DNA of 41,657 nt from Chiloscyllium plagiosum (Eukaryota). Of the stretch, positions 12,316-25,087 are shown one piece after another. The notes beneath the pieces are model-generated. The model was not told where the DNA came from, did no database searches, and was given only the letters and a program-made list of their open reading frames with translations. Each line of letters starts with the position of its first letter. The first letter of the stretch is position 1. The translations under genes and the position numbers were made by a program. The DNA is taken from the NCBI RefSeq assembly GCF_004010195.1, contig NC_057718.1:56447214-56488870 (forward strand), in the 5' to 3' direction.

Positions 12316-12953
12316 TTCTAATATCCCTAAAAAGCATTCAAAGTTTCAATCACTGAAAACAAATAGTCATAATTTTCTTTCAGAATTTCTGATTTATGGT
12401 TAAAAGATGTTGTAACGCCACATTGTGGTGGTACAGAGAATCATGACAGGCAAGAGATGAGATAAATGTTAGGGAATGAATACGTAGACTTTTTTTGCAG
12501 TGGAATTTTCCACAGGAAATTATTACACATCATTTTTCAGGGACTGCACGCATGTCCTGATATATTAATGGTTGTGTTTCCTGTCATTTCACATGGTGAT
12601 TTAAGAACAAATGCAACCTTCAGGTGAAATAGTTTTGGGACAGGTAATAATTGTATCAGAATTCATAGACCCAATTTTAACAGATCCATTTCTGGTCTTA
12701 TTGGAATATTTACTTGATAAATGTTTATGTCCATGTGTACTCCCTTGATCTCTCATGCACTGGAATAACATTAGTACAGGTTTATCTAGATTATTTCCCA
12801 TTATAAGTATGAATTTAAAATACACCAGAAATTAGATGACAGGAAGTAAATGCAGACAAAAGATTCATATGCAATATATAAGCAGATTTGACTATTATAT
12901 CCTACAAAGACAAAATGTATGATGAAATTTTAGAAAATTTGTTTTTTCTGTAG

Positions 12954-13382
12954 GTGTTCACCGTTGAAGCCATGATGCCTTATGTACAACACCTTAAAGG
13001 GGCCCACAGTAAGAATCTGTTTCTGAAAGACAAGAAGAAAAAAAGCTTATGGTTAGTGACAGTCTTACACAACAGACAAATCAACTTGAATGACCTAGCA
13101 AAGAAGCTGGGCTGTGGAAGTGGAAATCTGCGCTTTGCAGATGAAGGAACAATGCTGGAAAAATTAAAAGTTGGTCAAGGTTGCGCAACACCTCTTGCTT
13201 TGTTTTATGATAAACAAGGTGATGTAAAATTTGTGCTAGATTCAAACTTCGTGGATGGAGGACATGAAAAAATCTATTTTCATCCAATGATTAATTCAGC
13301 CACTATGGGTATTAAGCCTATAGACTTCTTGCATTTTGTGAAGGAAACAGGACATGAACCTACAATTGTAAAGTTTGATTAA
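12954..13382 (+). CDS. PRORSD1: PRORSD1 coding exon 2; prolyl-tRNA synthetase-associated domain protein 1 (ProXp-ala/YbaK-like aminoacyl-tRNA deacylase), 170 aa in total
   Basis: Acceptor tttgttttttctgtag|GTG. Translation contains HLKGAHSKNLFLKDKKKK, GSGNLRFADE, KVGQGCATPL (GXXXP loop) and FHPMINSATMG. TAA stop at 13380-13382. The ORF track's initial M is really the spliced GTG (Val). Confidence 0.95.
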   Translation: MFTVEAMMPYVQHLKGAHSKNLFLKDKKKKSLWLVTVLHNRQINLNDLAKKLGCGSGNLRFADEGTMLEKLKVGQGCATPLALFYDKQGDVKFVLDSNFVDGGHEKIYFHPMINSATMGIKPIDFLHFVKETGHEPTIVKFD

Positions 13383-13535
13383 AATAGAAACAAACACTTA
13401 AATGAAATGACTTGCAACTGGCTGGATGTAATCAATTTCAACAGTAACTATTTTTGAAATTGAGATTACTTACATTGCAGTAAATACTCCCTCTACATGG
13501 TTTTAAATTTTTAGCAGGGGTTCATCCATTGTATT

Positions 13536-13541
13536 AATAAA
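13536..13541 (+). terminator. Candidate PRORSD1 polyadenylation signal AATAAA (alternative at 13801-13806)
   Basis: AATAAA ~155 nt after the stop, followed by T/GT-rich sequence. Confidence 0.5.
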
Positions 13542-14769
13542 GTATGCTACTGTCTCAAATGTTATTGATTACCTGCTGTATTCTGTCTTTTGCCATCAAT
13601 TATATAAAAGGAGAGAATCACTCAGTGTATGTGAGAGTTTATTTGCTTTTTATTAAAATGTTCATAGTGCAATGTTTTGTCATTTATTTCCTTGGAGATG
13701 GAGGTGAAATTAGTGCTGGAGGCATACATAAATTTCCATTTGAATATGTGTCATCTTTTATCAAGCAATCTGAAATCAGATTAAACATAATTTGATGCAG
13801 AATAAATCTTTACTCCTTCCTAAAAGTATGCTCCTGCTCCAAAATCGGACAAGTCATTCCTTATATCTCACTGTGACAGTTTCCCATTTTCCACACTATC
13901 CAACTTGGGGGATTTCTGATTTGAAAGAATGCTGTTAAACTCTGGCCAGGTCCATGAAAATTAGCAAGTCGTTGGGTATTACAATAGCTGCAGGCTTTGG
14001 AAGCAAGAAGAGTTTATAAGGTAAGTGAAATGGTTTTGCCCCCTTTACAGACCATTATTGAATGCTGTAATGTTAGGTGTACCAATGCTGAATAAGCTGA
14101 ATTGTAACAGTGCTGTAATTGGACAATGCAAGTAAACTTTAAGCAACACGCTTGCTAGTTTGTTACTTCTGTCAGATGCCAAGCAATCAAGTAAGAGGTC
14201 AACATTGTATAATTGAGGAAGTTTTTAAATGAATTATAAAAATGTGCATTTAATGGATATAACAGTAGAGTGGATTTTAAGAATACAAGTGTAACCTATT
14301 ATGATAACCAAGTGGAAATGTTTCATCTTTTACTATTTGCTTTTATGTATTCAGTCCAGATATTTGCAGTTCTGAAGTCTTTTTGTTTACTCGGAGTATA
14401 ATGGACTCTCAGTTGCAATTCAACTACCTTGTCTGTCTATTCAGTTATGCATGAAATTTTATGGGCTATTCAATAACTTTCAACTGTTATAATAGAATTC
14501 ATGAGCTCTGTTCATAAAGTTGGCAATTGGTAGGGGGCTTAAAGTGGTCAAGGTTCAGCTGTAGATGGCTGAAATTGACTGAGAAATACTGGGCTTGTTT
14601 TATTTTGGGAATGAAGGCAGGCCTTTTAACCTTGTTGTTTTGGATTTTGACCTCGCTTCCATTTCATTAGACAGTGTCAAGAAAAAGAAAACTTAAAACT
14701 CTCATCCAATTAATTACTTGAGGCATAACTTCAACTCTATGCTAATATCCTGCTTTTTCCCATAACTTT

Positions 14770-15240
14770 GCGCATTGTTTCTATTTAAATAATCATCCAG
14801 TGCCCTCGTGAATGCTTGGCTTGAACTTGGCTGAGCATTCTACATCCCGACCACTTGCTGTGTGAAAAAGTTTATTTCTGAACTCATAGTTTTTCTCTAT
14901 CTGACAAGACCTTTCATGATTTTGATAACTTTTATCAAATCTCCTCTCGGCCTTCCATTCTCTAAGGATAACAATCCCAACTTTTCCAATCTTTCCATAT
15001 GACTGGTGCCTCATCCCTAGAAGCATTGTCGTAGATCTCTTCTGCACTCCCACAGTCCTCCTGTCCTCTTCATAGTTTACAATTCTTACAAGATTTATGT
15101 TGGCTGCAAACTTTGACCGTTGCATGGCAAGATTTAGATAATTTATCATTTTATATATATAAAATGAAATATATGTGTCCCAATACTGAACCCTGGGGAA
15201 CTCCACTACAAACCACCTTTTAGCCTGAAAATACCCATTA
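14770..15240 (-). mobile_element. Highly degraded CR1 RT/3' fragment
   Basis: GGAGTTCCCCAGGGTTCAGTATTGGGA (GVPQGSVLG) and SKFAAN (decayed KFADD) on -. Confidence 0.7.
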
Positions 15241-15594
15241 ACTGTTAATGTTTTCTATCCCACATCCAGTTTAGTACCAATGTTGCTATTGGCCCTTTTT
15301 CAGAAACATTTGTTATGACAGTTGTGGCGATTATAAATGCTTCACTGGATTTCTTCAGGTGATAATGGTTTCAGTTCTGCAGGTAAAAACTTCTATGAAC
15401 TATAATAACAGAATATGTCTTTGATAAAATTTCTTGTTTATTTGCAAACATAATAGGCACATAAAGGATTAAACTTTTATTTTTGCACTAGGATAGTTTT
15501 TTTGTTTCAGTACCTTTATTTGAATTCAGGGTTTTATTGGATTTTCAGAGGTTTAAATTTTCCGATACATTTTATCAGAATTTCAAAATCATAA

Positions 15595-18500
15595 TTTTGG
15601 ATGCGGCGTCGGAGACCAAGGTCGAGACCTTGGCGGGGCAGATCCAAGCCTTTGAGAAACACGTTTGGGCCCTGACTGAGCACATTGATGACCTGGAAAA
15701 TAGGGGTAGAAGGAAAAATATCCAGATTGTTGGCCTGCTGGAGGGAGTAGAAGGTGGGCAGTCAGCAAGTTTTTTTTTTGAAGACTTGTGCCACAATGTC
15801 TTGGCTGGGATACCGGGGTGGCCCAGGTGAAGGTTGACAGACCTCAGTGGGTTGCAGTGCGCAGATCCGGTCAGGGTCAGTGCCGCAGCCCGGTTCTGAT
15901 ACGATTTTGATGCTACAGGGACAAGCAGAAAGTCATGGAAACTTCTAGAAGGTTGGGGAGAGATCCACAGGCCCTGACATATCAGGGAACTAAGGTAATG
16001 TTTTTCCAGGACTTTTTTGTGACAGTGATCCATAAAAGGAAATCGTTTGATGAGGTTAAGAGAAAGTTAAAGGACCTCCTTATACAACATTCGATGAGAT
16101 ACCCAGCGATGTTTCGTATTACTTATGAGGAGACTGTGCAGTCGTTTCATTCCTTGGAGCAAGCCAAAAACAACTTGGATACTTTCAAATAATGTAGATG
16201 CATTTATGGACATGGACAATAGTGTCTGGCTTTTTTTTTGTCTTGCTCTTATTTCTTGTACTTGCAATCTTTTCCCAAAGAAGCTGTTGTTGGTGGGGTT
16301 TTTTTTCTGTCCAAGCTGGAGTGGTTTTGATATATTGTGTGTGTGAGGGGGAGAGTGCTCACTGGTTTTTATATCTTTGTATTTTATAATGTCCTTTGTT
16401 TGGTTTCTTCCATTGGTTGGGTTTGGCGTGCGGCTCGAGCAGGAAGGGGGAATGTAGGTGTGTGTGGGAAATGTAAGCGCCCTCTGTGGGCAGGGGGTAG
16501 AGTCCCCCATTAAGTGCCTTTTTTGTTTTGTAGTTTTTTTTGTTTTTTTTTGTAAACTGAATCTATGGGTCTCTTTTTGAGTATGCTTGGCGTGTTGTAA
16601 GATGAATTCTTCCTTTCGGGAGGTCAATGGTGATTGTAAAAGATCATGGTTAGCAGCATTCTTAAATGGTGCACCTGGAATAACAGAGGGATTCATTCAC
16701 CAGTTAAAAGGAAAAAGGTGTTGTCTTAGCCTTAGAAAGGAGAGGGTGAATGTGATCCAGGAGTTTCATCTTAATGACAGGGAACACCTTGAAGTTTCAG
16801 TAGGGTGGGTTTTATGGGGTGGTTTTTCTCATCCTTTCATACTGAGAGCAGAGGAGTGGCGATATTCATCTGGAAGGATCTCCCATTTAATTTAATAGAT
16901 TGCGTTAAAGATGAGTATGGTCGGTTTGTTATTTTTAAGGCCCCTATATGTGGTGAGGAATATGGTATTTTGAATGTCTATTGTCCTCTGGCCCACCCTC
17001 TTAAATTTCTGACTGATGCACTATCTAAGCTGATGGCCTAGGCCTTGCGACATATTATTATTGTGGGGGGGGGTAACCTTAATTGCCTTATGGATCCTGT
17101 GCTGGATAGAATGCCCAAATGCCCCCCCACCCAAAGCTTTCTTCACAATCTAAGCAGCTAGGTGATCTATGTGTGGAACTGGGGTTGCTGGACATTTGGA
17201 GATGTTTACACCCAATGGGCAGAGATTTTACATTCTTTTCAATCCTCATAAATGCCACACAAGGATTGATTATTTCCTAACTCCTGCAGCTTTTTTAGAT
17301 TGGTGGTATCCTGTTCGATTAGGATCATCTCTGATCATGCAGCAGTGTATTTAATGGGTTAGATTAAGGGTGATGCAATGGGCTCACAGTACTGGTGAAT
17401 GGATTCCTTCATCCTCAAGAACAGCAAGTTTGTAGAATACTTTAGGGAATTTGAAGCCTTTTTTTTGGCCACCAACTCAGGTACAGCTAATAAACCGTCC
17501 ATTCTTTGGGAGACTGCTAAGGCATTTGGTAGAGGGATAATTATCTCATACTCTGCCAGCCAGAAACGACAGAAGGGAGAGCAGCGTCTGCTTAAGGCAC
17601 GACTGAAGGCAGCTGAGATGGCATATTACAGTGGACTGTCAGTGACTAAGCTGCAGCGAATCATAGCTCTGTGATCCGCCTTAAACTCCGTGCTAATGCA
17701 TACAGCAAGGGAGGAACTTTCCTTTGCGAAGCAGAGACTTTTTGAGCATGGTGATAGGCCTTGTAAATACTTGGCATATTTGGTCAGGAAGAACAATAAC
17801 TCCCATCTATTGCTTCTATTAGGGAAGGGAATGGGACTCTTACTCATGCTGCTAAAAAGATCAATGAGGCGCTTCGGAGGCTTTACTCTGAACTTCATCA
17901 ATCTGAATGCTGTGAGGACAGATGGGATAAGATGGAGTCTTTTTTTTTAGGAATTTGGATCTTCCTGGTGGGTCTGCTGAACAAGCGTGTCTCCTTAGTG
18001 CTTCGTTAACAGCCCAAGAGATATAGGGGGTGGTGAGGCAACTTCAAATTGAGAAGGTGCCTGGTCCTAATGGCTTGCCCAGTGAGTTTTATAAAGAATT
18101 TGTAAATATACTGTCAGGACTGATGTTAGACACGTATAACAGTTCATATAGTCGGGATTGCCTCCCACCATCCTTGAGAGAGGCTAAAGAAAGGGAAGAC
18201 CCCAGAAGACTGTGCTTCTTACAGACCCATCTCACTTTTAAACTCTGACTTTAAAATTTTAATCAAAGACTCTGGCATTGAGGTTGGAAAGGGTGTTGCC
18301 CTCTATTGTTAAGGAGGATCAGACGGGCTTTATAAAGGGTCAGGGATCTTCTAATAATGTTAGGAGATTACTTAACATGTTTCAAGTGTGCCAGCAACGA
18401 TCAGTTCTACGGTTGGTGGTTGCCTTGGACGCGGAGAAGGCATTTGACCGGGTGGAATGGCCATATTGTTTGTATACCCTGGAGCGGTTTGGCCTGGGTG

Positions 18501-20470
18501 AAGTGTTTCCTAGACAGGTAAAGGTCTTTTACACTTATCCTCTGGCGGCAGTTCTCACTAACAGTATAAAGTCTGATAATTTTAACATTAGTAAGGGTAG
18601 TTGGCCAGGCTGTCCCCACTCATCTTTGCTTCTCACTTTGGTGATTGAGCTGCTGGCAGAGGCCATTCATGGGAACCCTAATATAGCTGCCCCAAAGGTA
18701 GGATCGAAGGTGGATAGGATCACATTATATGCAGATGATGCTGTCATTTTCCTTTGGAATCTGGCAGTTTTGGTGCCCTATTTGACACAACGTATTAATT
18801 CATTTGGCTTTTTCTCAGGGTACAAGATCAATTTTTCAAAATTGGAGGCTATGTCTTTGGGGGGTCTTGGGGAATACTGGACATTTGAAGATGTGTTCCG
18901 CTTTAAGTCAGTACAGGGAGGCTTTCTTTATTTGGGCATCTCTGTTACCCCTAGTTTTGATCGGTTATTCAAGGCTAATCTTGTACATTTTGTTTGACAA
19001 GATTAAACAAGATCTTCTAAGATGGGGGGGGGGCCCTTCCAATATCATGACTAGGTCAAGTTGCTCTTGTTAAAATGAATGTTCTTTCTCGCTTATTATA
19101 CTCTCTGCGGATGCTTCCCTTGCATTTTCCTTGACAAACAATTCAGAAATTAAATGGTTGATTTAGTTCTTTTATTTGGCGCCATAAGTGGCCCCTTATC
19201 AGGCTTATGAAATTGCAAATGCCCCAGGGGTTGGGAGGAGTGGATCAGTTCAGCTCCCTTTTATCTTTTGGGAGTGATTGGGCCTGTGAGGACTCGGCGT
19301 CGATATGGTTGGACATTGAGGCCTCCCAGGCAAAGTGTCCTCTTATTAACCTGTTGTTTCTGGACAAAATGAGGATAGTTGCAGAACATTGCCACAATCC
19401 AATAGTTATTAACACTGTGAAAGCATGTAGGGCAATGTGACAGATGGAGGGTAATATGTCTAAAACATCTCTCTGTACTCCCATATTTGGTATGCCAGGT
19501 CTCCGGCCAGGGACAGTGGATTCCAGGTTTAAGTCCTGGGCGGATAGAGAAGTCTCTTGTTTGGATGACCTTTTTGAAGATGAAACGTTAATGTCATTTG
19601 ATCAAATAACTCAAAAGTATGGATTATCAAGCAGGGACCTCTCCCATTTCTTTCAGATCAGAGATTTTATCCGAAAAGAAACTACACTTCTGACTGAGGG
19701 TTATAGATCTGATATGGAAAAGAGGGTGCTTCAGGCTAAGAGCACTCTTTCAGTGAGTACTCTCTATCATTTACTGGGGAGTGGTTCCTCAGGTGACATC
19801 GAGTGATTACAGGAGGTCTGAGAGAGAGAGAGTTAGGAATGGAGATCACTCCGAAAACTTGGGAGGACATTTGTGAGAATGCGAGGAAGATTTCAATATG
19901 TAATAGGACCCATACTATGCAGTTGAAGATTCTTCATAGGGCTCACCCGGTCCCCAGATTGTCTTGCAAAATTTAAGCAGGGTATGTCTTTAATGTGCCC
20001 CCAAATGTAAAATCAAATACCATTGTCTGTGGTCCTGCCACAGGCTCCATACACACTGGAACGCTGTGGCAGAAGTAATAGAGGGGGTCTTGGGGACCGA
20101 AGTCAAAGTAAACCTGGTTTCTCTTCTCCTGGGTTCGCCAAATTCATCTCCCTTAGATGTACATGAGAGAAAGCTTTTTAGCATCCTCACTTTTTGTGCG
20201 AAGAAGAACATTCTGATGTCCTGGGTGTCTGAGAATACCCGCCCGGGTCTGCCGGTCTGGCATAAGTTAATTATGGAACACATTCCTTAGGACTTACAAA
20301 TGTGGTGCACCAGAAAACTGACAATTTTTATAATACATGGCAGCCCTTTTGAATTATTTGGAAGCAGATCTATCCACCATTTTAATTAGGGCTTTTGTCT
20401 AGCCATGGTTGTTTGGTTTAATAAGCCTAACGTAATGAGAGGAAGAATTTCGAGCAAACATGGGTTTAAT
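15595..20470 (+). mobile_element. Near-full-length decayed L1/Tx1-clade LINE (ORF1 remnant ~15600-16192; ORF2 remnant ~16630-20400)
   Basis: ORF1: DLENRGRRKNIQIVGLLEG and FFQDF..KRKSFDEVK..MRYPA. ORF2: SRGVAI, LNVYCP, TRIDYFL, LWETAKA, PGPNGLP.EFYK, DQTGFIKG, ALDAEKAFDRVEW, LYADD and a C-terminal CPKCK..HCLWSC remnant. Many frameshifts. Confidence 0.92.
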
Positions 20471-20472
20471 AA

Positions 20473-21690
20473 TTGATGATTTGGAGATGCCAGTGTTGGA
20501 CGAGGGTGTACAAAGTTAAAAATCACACAACACCAGGTTATAATCCAACAGGTTTAATTGGAAGCACTAGCTTTCGGAGTGCTGCTCCTTCATCAGGTGG
20601 TTGTGGAGTACACCATTGTGTGACATTGTAAGACACAGAATTTAGAGCAAAAGTTTACAGTGTGATGGAACTGAAATTATACATCGAAAAATACCTTGAT
20701 TGTTTGCCAAGTCTCTCATCTGTTAGAATGACCATGTTAGTTTCTTTCATATGTAAATTGCAAAACATTTTTAAAAAGTTACATTATCAAGTGAACTTTA
20801 ACAATTTTGTGTCAGCCCAGATAATGCATTGAAGGTGTTAGCACCCCTGTGTGCTGCTGTCTGTGCCATAATGTTGAGACTGATTCTAATCTAAAAAAAT
20901 GAATTAACAGAATTTTACATGGATTCATGCAGTTTTTGAGAAAAGTACAATGTAACTCTGCAAGTATAAATTCACCCCATAAACCTATGTGTATGTGTGC
21001 GTGTGTGGGTGGGGGGTTGGTTGTGAGTGCCTGTGAGAGAGTATATGTGTGTGTGTCAGTGTAAAGGGGTATAAGTCTGTGAGAGGGTACGTGTGTGTGT
21101 GTGGGATAGTGCAATGGGGGTCGCCTGTAGTGTGACATGAACCCAAGGTCCCAGTTGAGGCCATCCCTATGGTATCGAACTTGGCTCTCAGCCTCGACTT
21201 GGCCACTTTTCGCTGCTGCCGGTCCCAAAGTCTGCCTTGGAGGATGGTCACCTGAAGGTCCGAGGTCGAATGTTCTGGACCGCTGAAGTGTTCTCCAACT
21301 GGGAGGGAACACTCCTGTCTGTTGATTGTTGTGTGGTGCCCATTCATCCATTGCCGTATCCTCTGCTCAGTTTCACCAATGTACCATGCCACAGGGCATC
21401 CTTGCCTGCAGCATATGAGATAGACAATCTTGTCTGAGTCACATGAGTACTTGCCATGTACATGATGGGAGGAGTCCCCATGCGTAATGGTGGTATCCAT
21501 GTCCATGCTCTGGCTTGTCTTGCAGCGTCTACCATGACAGGGTTGTATGGAGTTGCCCTGAAAGTCTGACAGTTTGCTACGAACAATGATCTTTTTGAGA
21601 TTTGGTGGTTGTTTAAAAGTGAGCAGTGGAGGTGTGGGGAAGGTCTTGGCGAGGTGTGCATCCTCATTGATAATGTGTTAATTATCAATG
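20473..21690 (-). mobile_element. Penelope-like element 3' portion (GIY-YIG endonuclease, (CA)n-rich spacer, pLTR with hammerhead)
   Basis: GKYSCDSDKIVYLICCRQGCPVAWYIGETEQ...MNGH (ORF 20985-21506 on -); VGEHF remnant; hammerhead at 20565-20599. Confidence 0.9.
20565..20599 (-). ncRNA. Minimal hammerhead ribozyme motif, intact core
   Basis: On -: CAC-CTGATGA-A-GGAG(CAGCA)CTCC-GAAA-GC-TA-GTG. Perfect stems I (3 bp) and II (4 bp), palindromic AGCT stem III, CUA triplet. Confidence 0.8.
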
Positions 21691-22099
21691 AGGATAAGCA
21701 CCTCGCCAAGACCTTCGGAGGTCAACTGAAATGAAGTGTCATGATTTCTTGTTGCTCTAGTGTATGGCAAGCAGGCTTCCCACAAGCTAAGAATGGTTCT
21801 GAAACCCTCCTGGGCAAAGCTCAGAATACCTTCCAGATATGAATTACAAAAGATTCCATTGGATAAAGATTGCATGCCAAGAAAAGGGGGGAAAAAAGCA
21901 AAGTGAGGCAGAAAATCCTAAGGAAATAAAAAAACAATGAGTATATTGTTCGGGGACTTTGGAGGCAGTGTGGGAATATAACTGATAAACTTTTAAAAAG
22001 GAGAAAGAAAAGATTGATAAATCAGTTTTCCAATTAAAAGATTAATAAGGTAGCAACCTGAAGCTGGAATACTACTGAGTCTTAATTAATGTGAATCAT

Positions 22100-22285
22100 C
22101 TCAGCTCAATGGAAGAGCTACCCCCTTTATTTGCAGCTCCCTCTACACCCACCCCAAGCCCTGAAGAAGGGTTACAACTGAAATGTCGACTTCACCACCT
22201 CCTGATGCTGCCTGGCTTGCTGTGTTCTTCCAGCCTCCTGTCTGGCTATTTTGGATTCCATCATCTGCAGGTTTTTTTGTCTCTA
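22100..22285 (+). mobile_element. Solo Penelope-type terminal repeat fragment with degenerate hammerhead (22161-22187)
   Basis: CTGAAGA-A-GGGT TAC AACT-GAAA-TG-TC followed by GATGCTGCCTGGCTTGCTG...TCCA.CATCTGCAG. Confidence 0.65.
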
Positions 22286-22359
22286 TGGATGAGAAGACCT
22301 GTTGAAAGTGGAAAATCAGTAAGTTTCACATGGTCAAGAAGGAGAGGTCAGAGCCAGAG

Positions 22360-22681
22360 TTTTTATTTATTCATGAGATGAAAGCTGGCATGTATAGCCC
22401 ATCCCTAATTGCCTCAAGGGGCAGTTAGGCGTCAACCACATTCCTGTTGATTTGGAGTCACATGTAGGCCAGACAGGTGGCAGCTTCCTTCCCTAAAGGC
22501 ATTAGATGTTTTTCCTGACAATTGATGTTGGATTTGTGGCCATTATTAGACTCTCTTAATTTCAGATCTTCATTGAATTCAAATTCCACCGAGGTGAGGT
22601 TCGAACCCAGGGCCCTAGAACATTACCTACATTTCCTGGATTAACAGTCCAGTGATGATGCCACTAGACCATTGCCTCCCC
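22360..22681 (-). mobile_element. tRNA-headed SINE (family not named with certainty)
   Basis: On -: GGGAGGCAATGGTCTAGTGG (A box) and GGGTTCGAACC (B box); body and tail are shared with the LINE at 26175-30150. Confidence 0.75.
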
Positions 22682-22984
22682 TAAGACATAGGGATGGGAA
22701 AATAGTTTGGAGACTTTGGAAGCAGCAGGGGGAAAAGGTGCTTTTTTGGCTCATAGTGCGTAAGGTTTTTTTTAAACTAGATAAATTGAAGCCCAGCTCA
22801 AAACAGAGTAACATCACATGAAAACCATAACTTCATTAGTTAGTAATAGCTACTAATTAGAGTGTCCATTATAGGTTATTTCAGATTGAAGGTAAATAGG
22901 AGAAATATTTACAGATAATCATATATTATAAACTAAAAGACCATTAGGAAATTAAGAAGGAAATGAAAAACTAATTAAATAAAT

Positions 22985-24200
22985 AGCACCTGGTGATGTG
23001 TTGGACCAGCATTATGTGGCAGTTGGTGGACCCCATCGTGGTTCATAGTGACCACATCTGTGATAAGTGTTGAGGGATGCACCAAAGCTTGGGGCAGTTG
23101 CCGCCAAGGCATAGTGGGGAAAGATGACCGTGTAAGGTCTTTCTGCCAAAGTTAAATGGGGGTCCATACAGCTATTGGAACCTTCTGATGCCTCAAATGT
23201 ATGTAAATATAATTTTGTAAAGTAAAAAAAGCCTTTGGAGTTTGACTCTATCCAGCAAATAAACCAATGTTTGTTTCCTCATATGCTACTGTATTGAACT
23301 GAACTGCTTTAATTACTATGTATATAAAGATATTTTATAAATAAAGAATATTTTTGAAATTGAAAAGTTTTTTCTTGAGGAACTTCAGCCCTGAGTTCAC
23401 AAACTAGAATCTGGGCTTTGAACACTGCGACAAATCAGGGAGGGGGAAGAGCTACCTGGATGCTGTGTTTCAAGAGGCAGACACCCCTTAGATTAACTAT
23501 CTCTGTACAGTCAGGGACAGGAGGGTGTGACTATGAGCAAGTCAGGTAAAGCGATTCAGGAGGTAGTGAAGGAGCCTCAGCTCTTAAGCTTGTCTAACAG
23601 GTTTGAGATTCTTAGTCCCTGTGTAAACAAGAGTGGGAGCTTTGGGGAAGATTAGTAGATAGATGCATTAAATATGGATAGTATAGGCGTAGTATAGTTT
23701 ACAGTCTTGACTATAGTATCAGGGATAGTATAGTCAGGGCAATCAACACTGTTCTCTATGACCAGGATTGAGAGTTCTGAAGCTGCATTGCCTGCCTGGT
23801 AATAAGTTTAGGATTTATCACCTCGGCTTCAGAGAAACTTGGAGTGGAAAGGGAAAGATTCAATTGCGTAGTCTGTGTAGCTACCTGTGATATAGGTAGA
23901 AAGAGGTTCTGCTGAAGGATTATGAGCAACTAGAAGCTAAATTAAGCAGATACAAAAAGATAATAATCCCCAACTTACTACCTGTGCCCCCCTTGTTGCC
24001 AAGGTCAAATGGGCAGAAGGTCAAAAAAATTAAAGAGGTGACTGAAAGATTGATGTGGGAGAAGTGGGTTAGAATTTATGGGAAATTGGCATCAGCACTG
24101 GACATGGAGGGAGCTGTTGGGATAGAACAGGCTCCACTTGAGTGCTGGGACCAGAGTCCTGGCGAATTGTATAACTAGGGCTTTAAACAAAATAGTTGGT
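22985..24200 (+). mobile_element. Degraded CR1 ORF1 region (zinc-finger and esterase-like remnants), interrupted at ~23070-23370
   Basis: DHICDKC, LSNRFEIL, GDSIVR and CLPG remnants typical of CR1 ORF1p. Confidence 0.6.
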
Positions 24201-25087
24201 GAGCCATAAAGTTTGAGTAGTAATGTGAAACTCAGAAGGGTTAAATTAAATGGGGCAACTTTTTTCTATTTATGTTGCAGGATATAAGATTCCAGGATAT
24301 AAGCTGATTTGAAAGATCACTGGACCAGAAACAAATGCTGCTTTCTCTCCATAGATGCTGAAAGACCTGCTGAGTTTTCCCAGCAATTTCTGGTTTTGGT
24401 CCATTGTCTCAAGATTAATATACAGATGCATTTGGCAGTTAGGAAGACACTGATGCCAGGGATGATGAGCGAAGGTCTATCATACCAGGGAGGCAAGTGC
24501 AACATATATCCAGTTGGTGATGGTGGTTTGGGGGAGGAGAAATGTGACAGGTAATCAGAAGAGGGCTTGTGGTAGGTCAGTGAGTGCAGGTCTGATGGGA
24601 TGGGGTTGTGTTTGTATTAGGGAGCTGAAGGGAGAATGCAGGTGGTGGTGGGGTTTGGTGTCAGGTCCATGTATATTGAGAGGATGTTTTGATCTGGGGT
24701 TTTGGGGGTCTGGAGGGATGAAGAAGTAGAGGTGTCAGGTGAGAGTGGCTGGCAGTTGATGAGATGGGGAAGGGAGGGGTTTAGCTATGTCTGGTTAGGT
24801 TTCAGTGTCAGATGGCTCCTGTGGAGTACAGGTTAGGGTAGGGTGATGAAGTGGTCAGTGTTGAATTGGGGTTTTGGGGGTCTTCATAGTTTCATATTAA
24901 TCAGGATGAGAGAAGATTTAAATTCTAATTTTTTCCTGCTAATCATTAATGTAATAAATGGGAATCCTGAGACCTGGGACTTTTTCTGAGAACTCTAGAT
25001 GACAAATAATTAGCAATCAGAATTTGCAACATTTTGAGCAATTCCCAGAGAATCAGCTGTACCACGACTTACGTATGGTAAGATCTA

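Noticed and set aside
16067..16696. 209-aa minus-strand ORF
   Set aside because: Antisense to the L1 spacer; low-complexity and Lys/Thr-rich.
18278..18997. 239-aa RT ORF as an active or domesticated gene
   Set aside because: Flanked by frameshifts and stops, and the RT motif is decayed (GSWPGCPHS); it is a relic.
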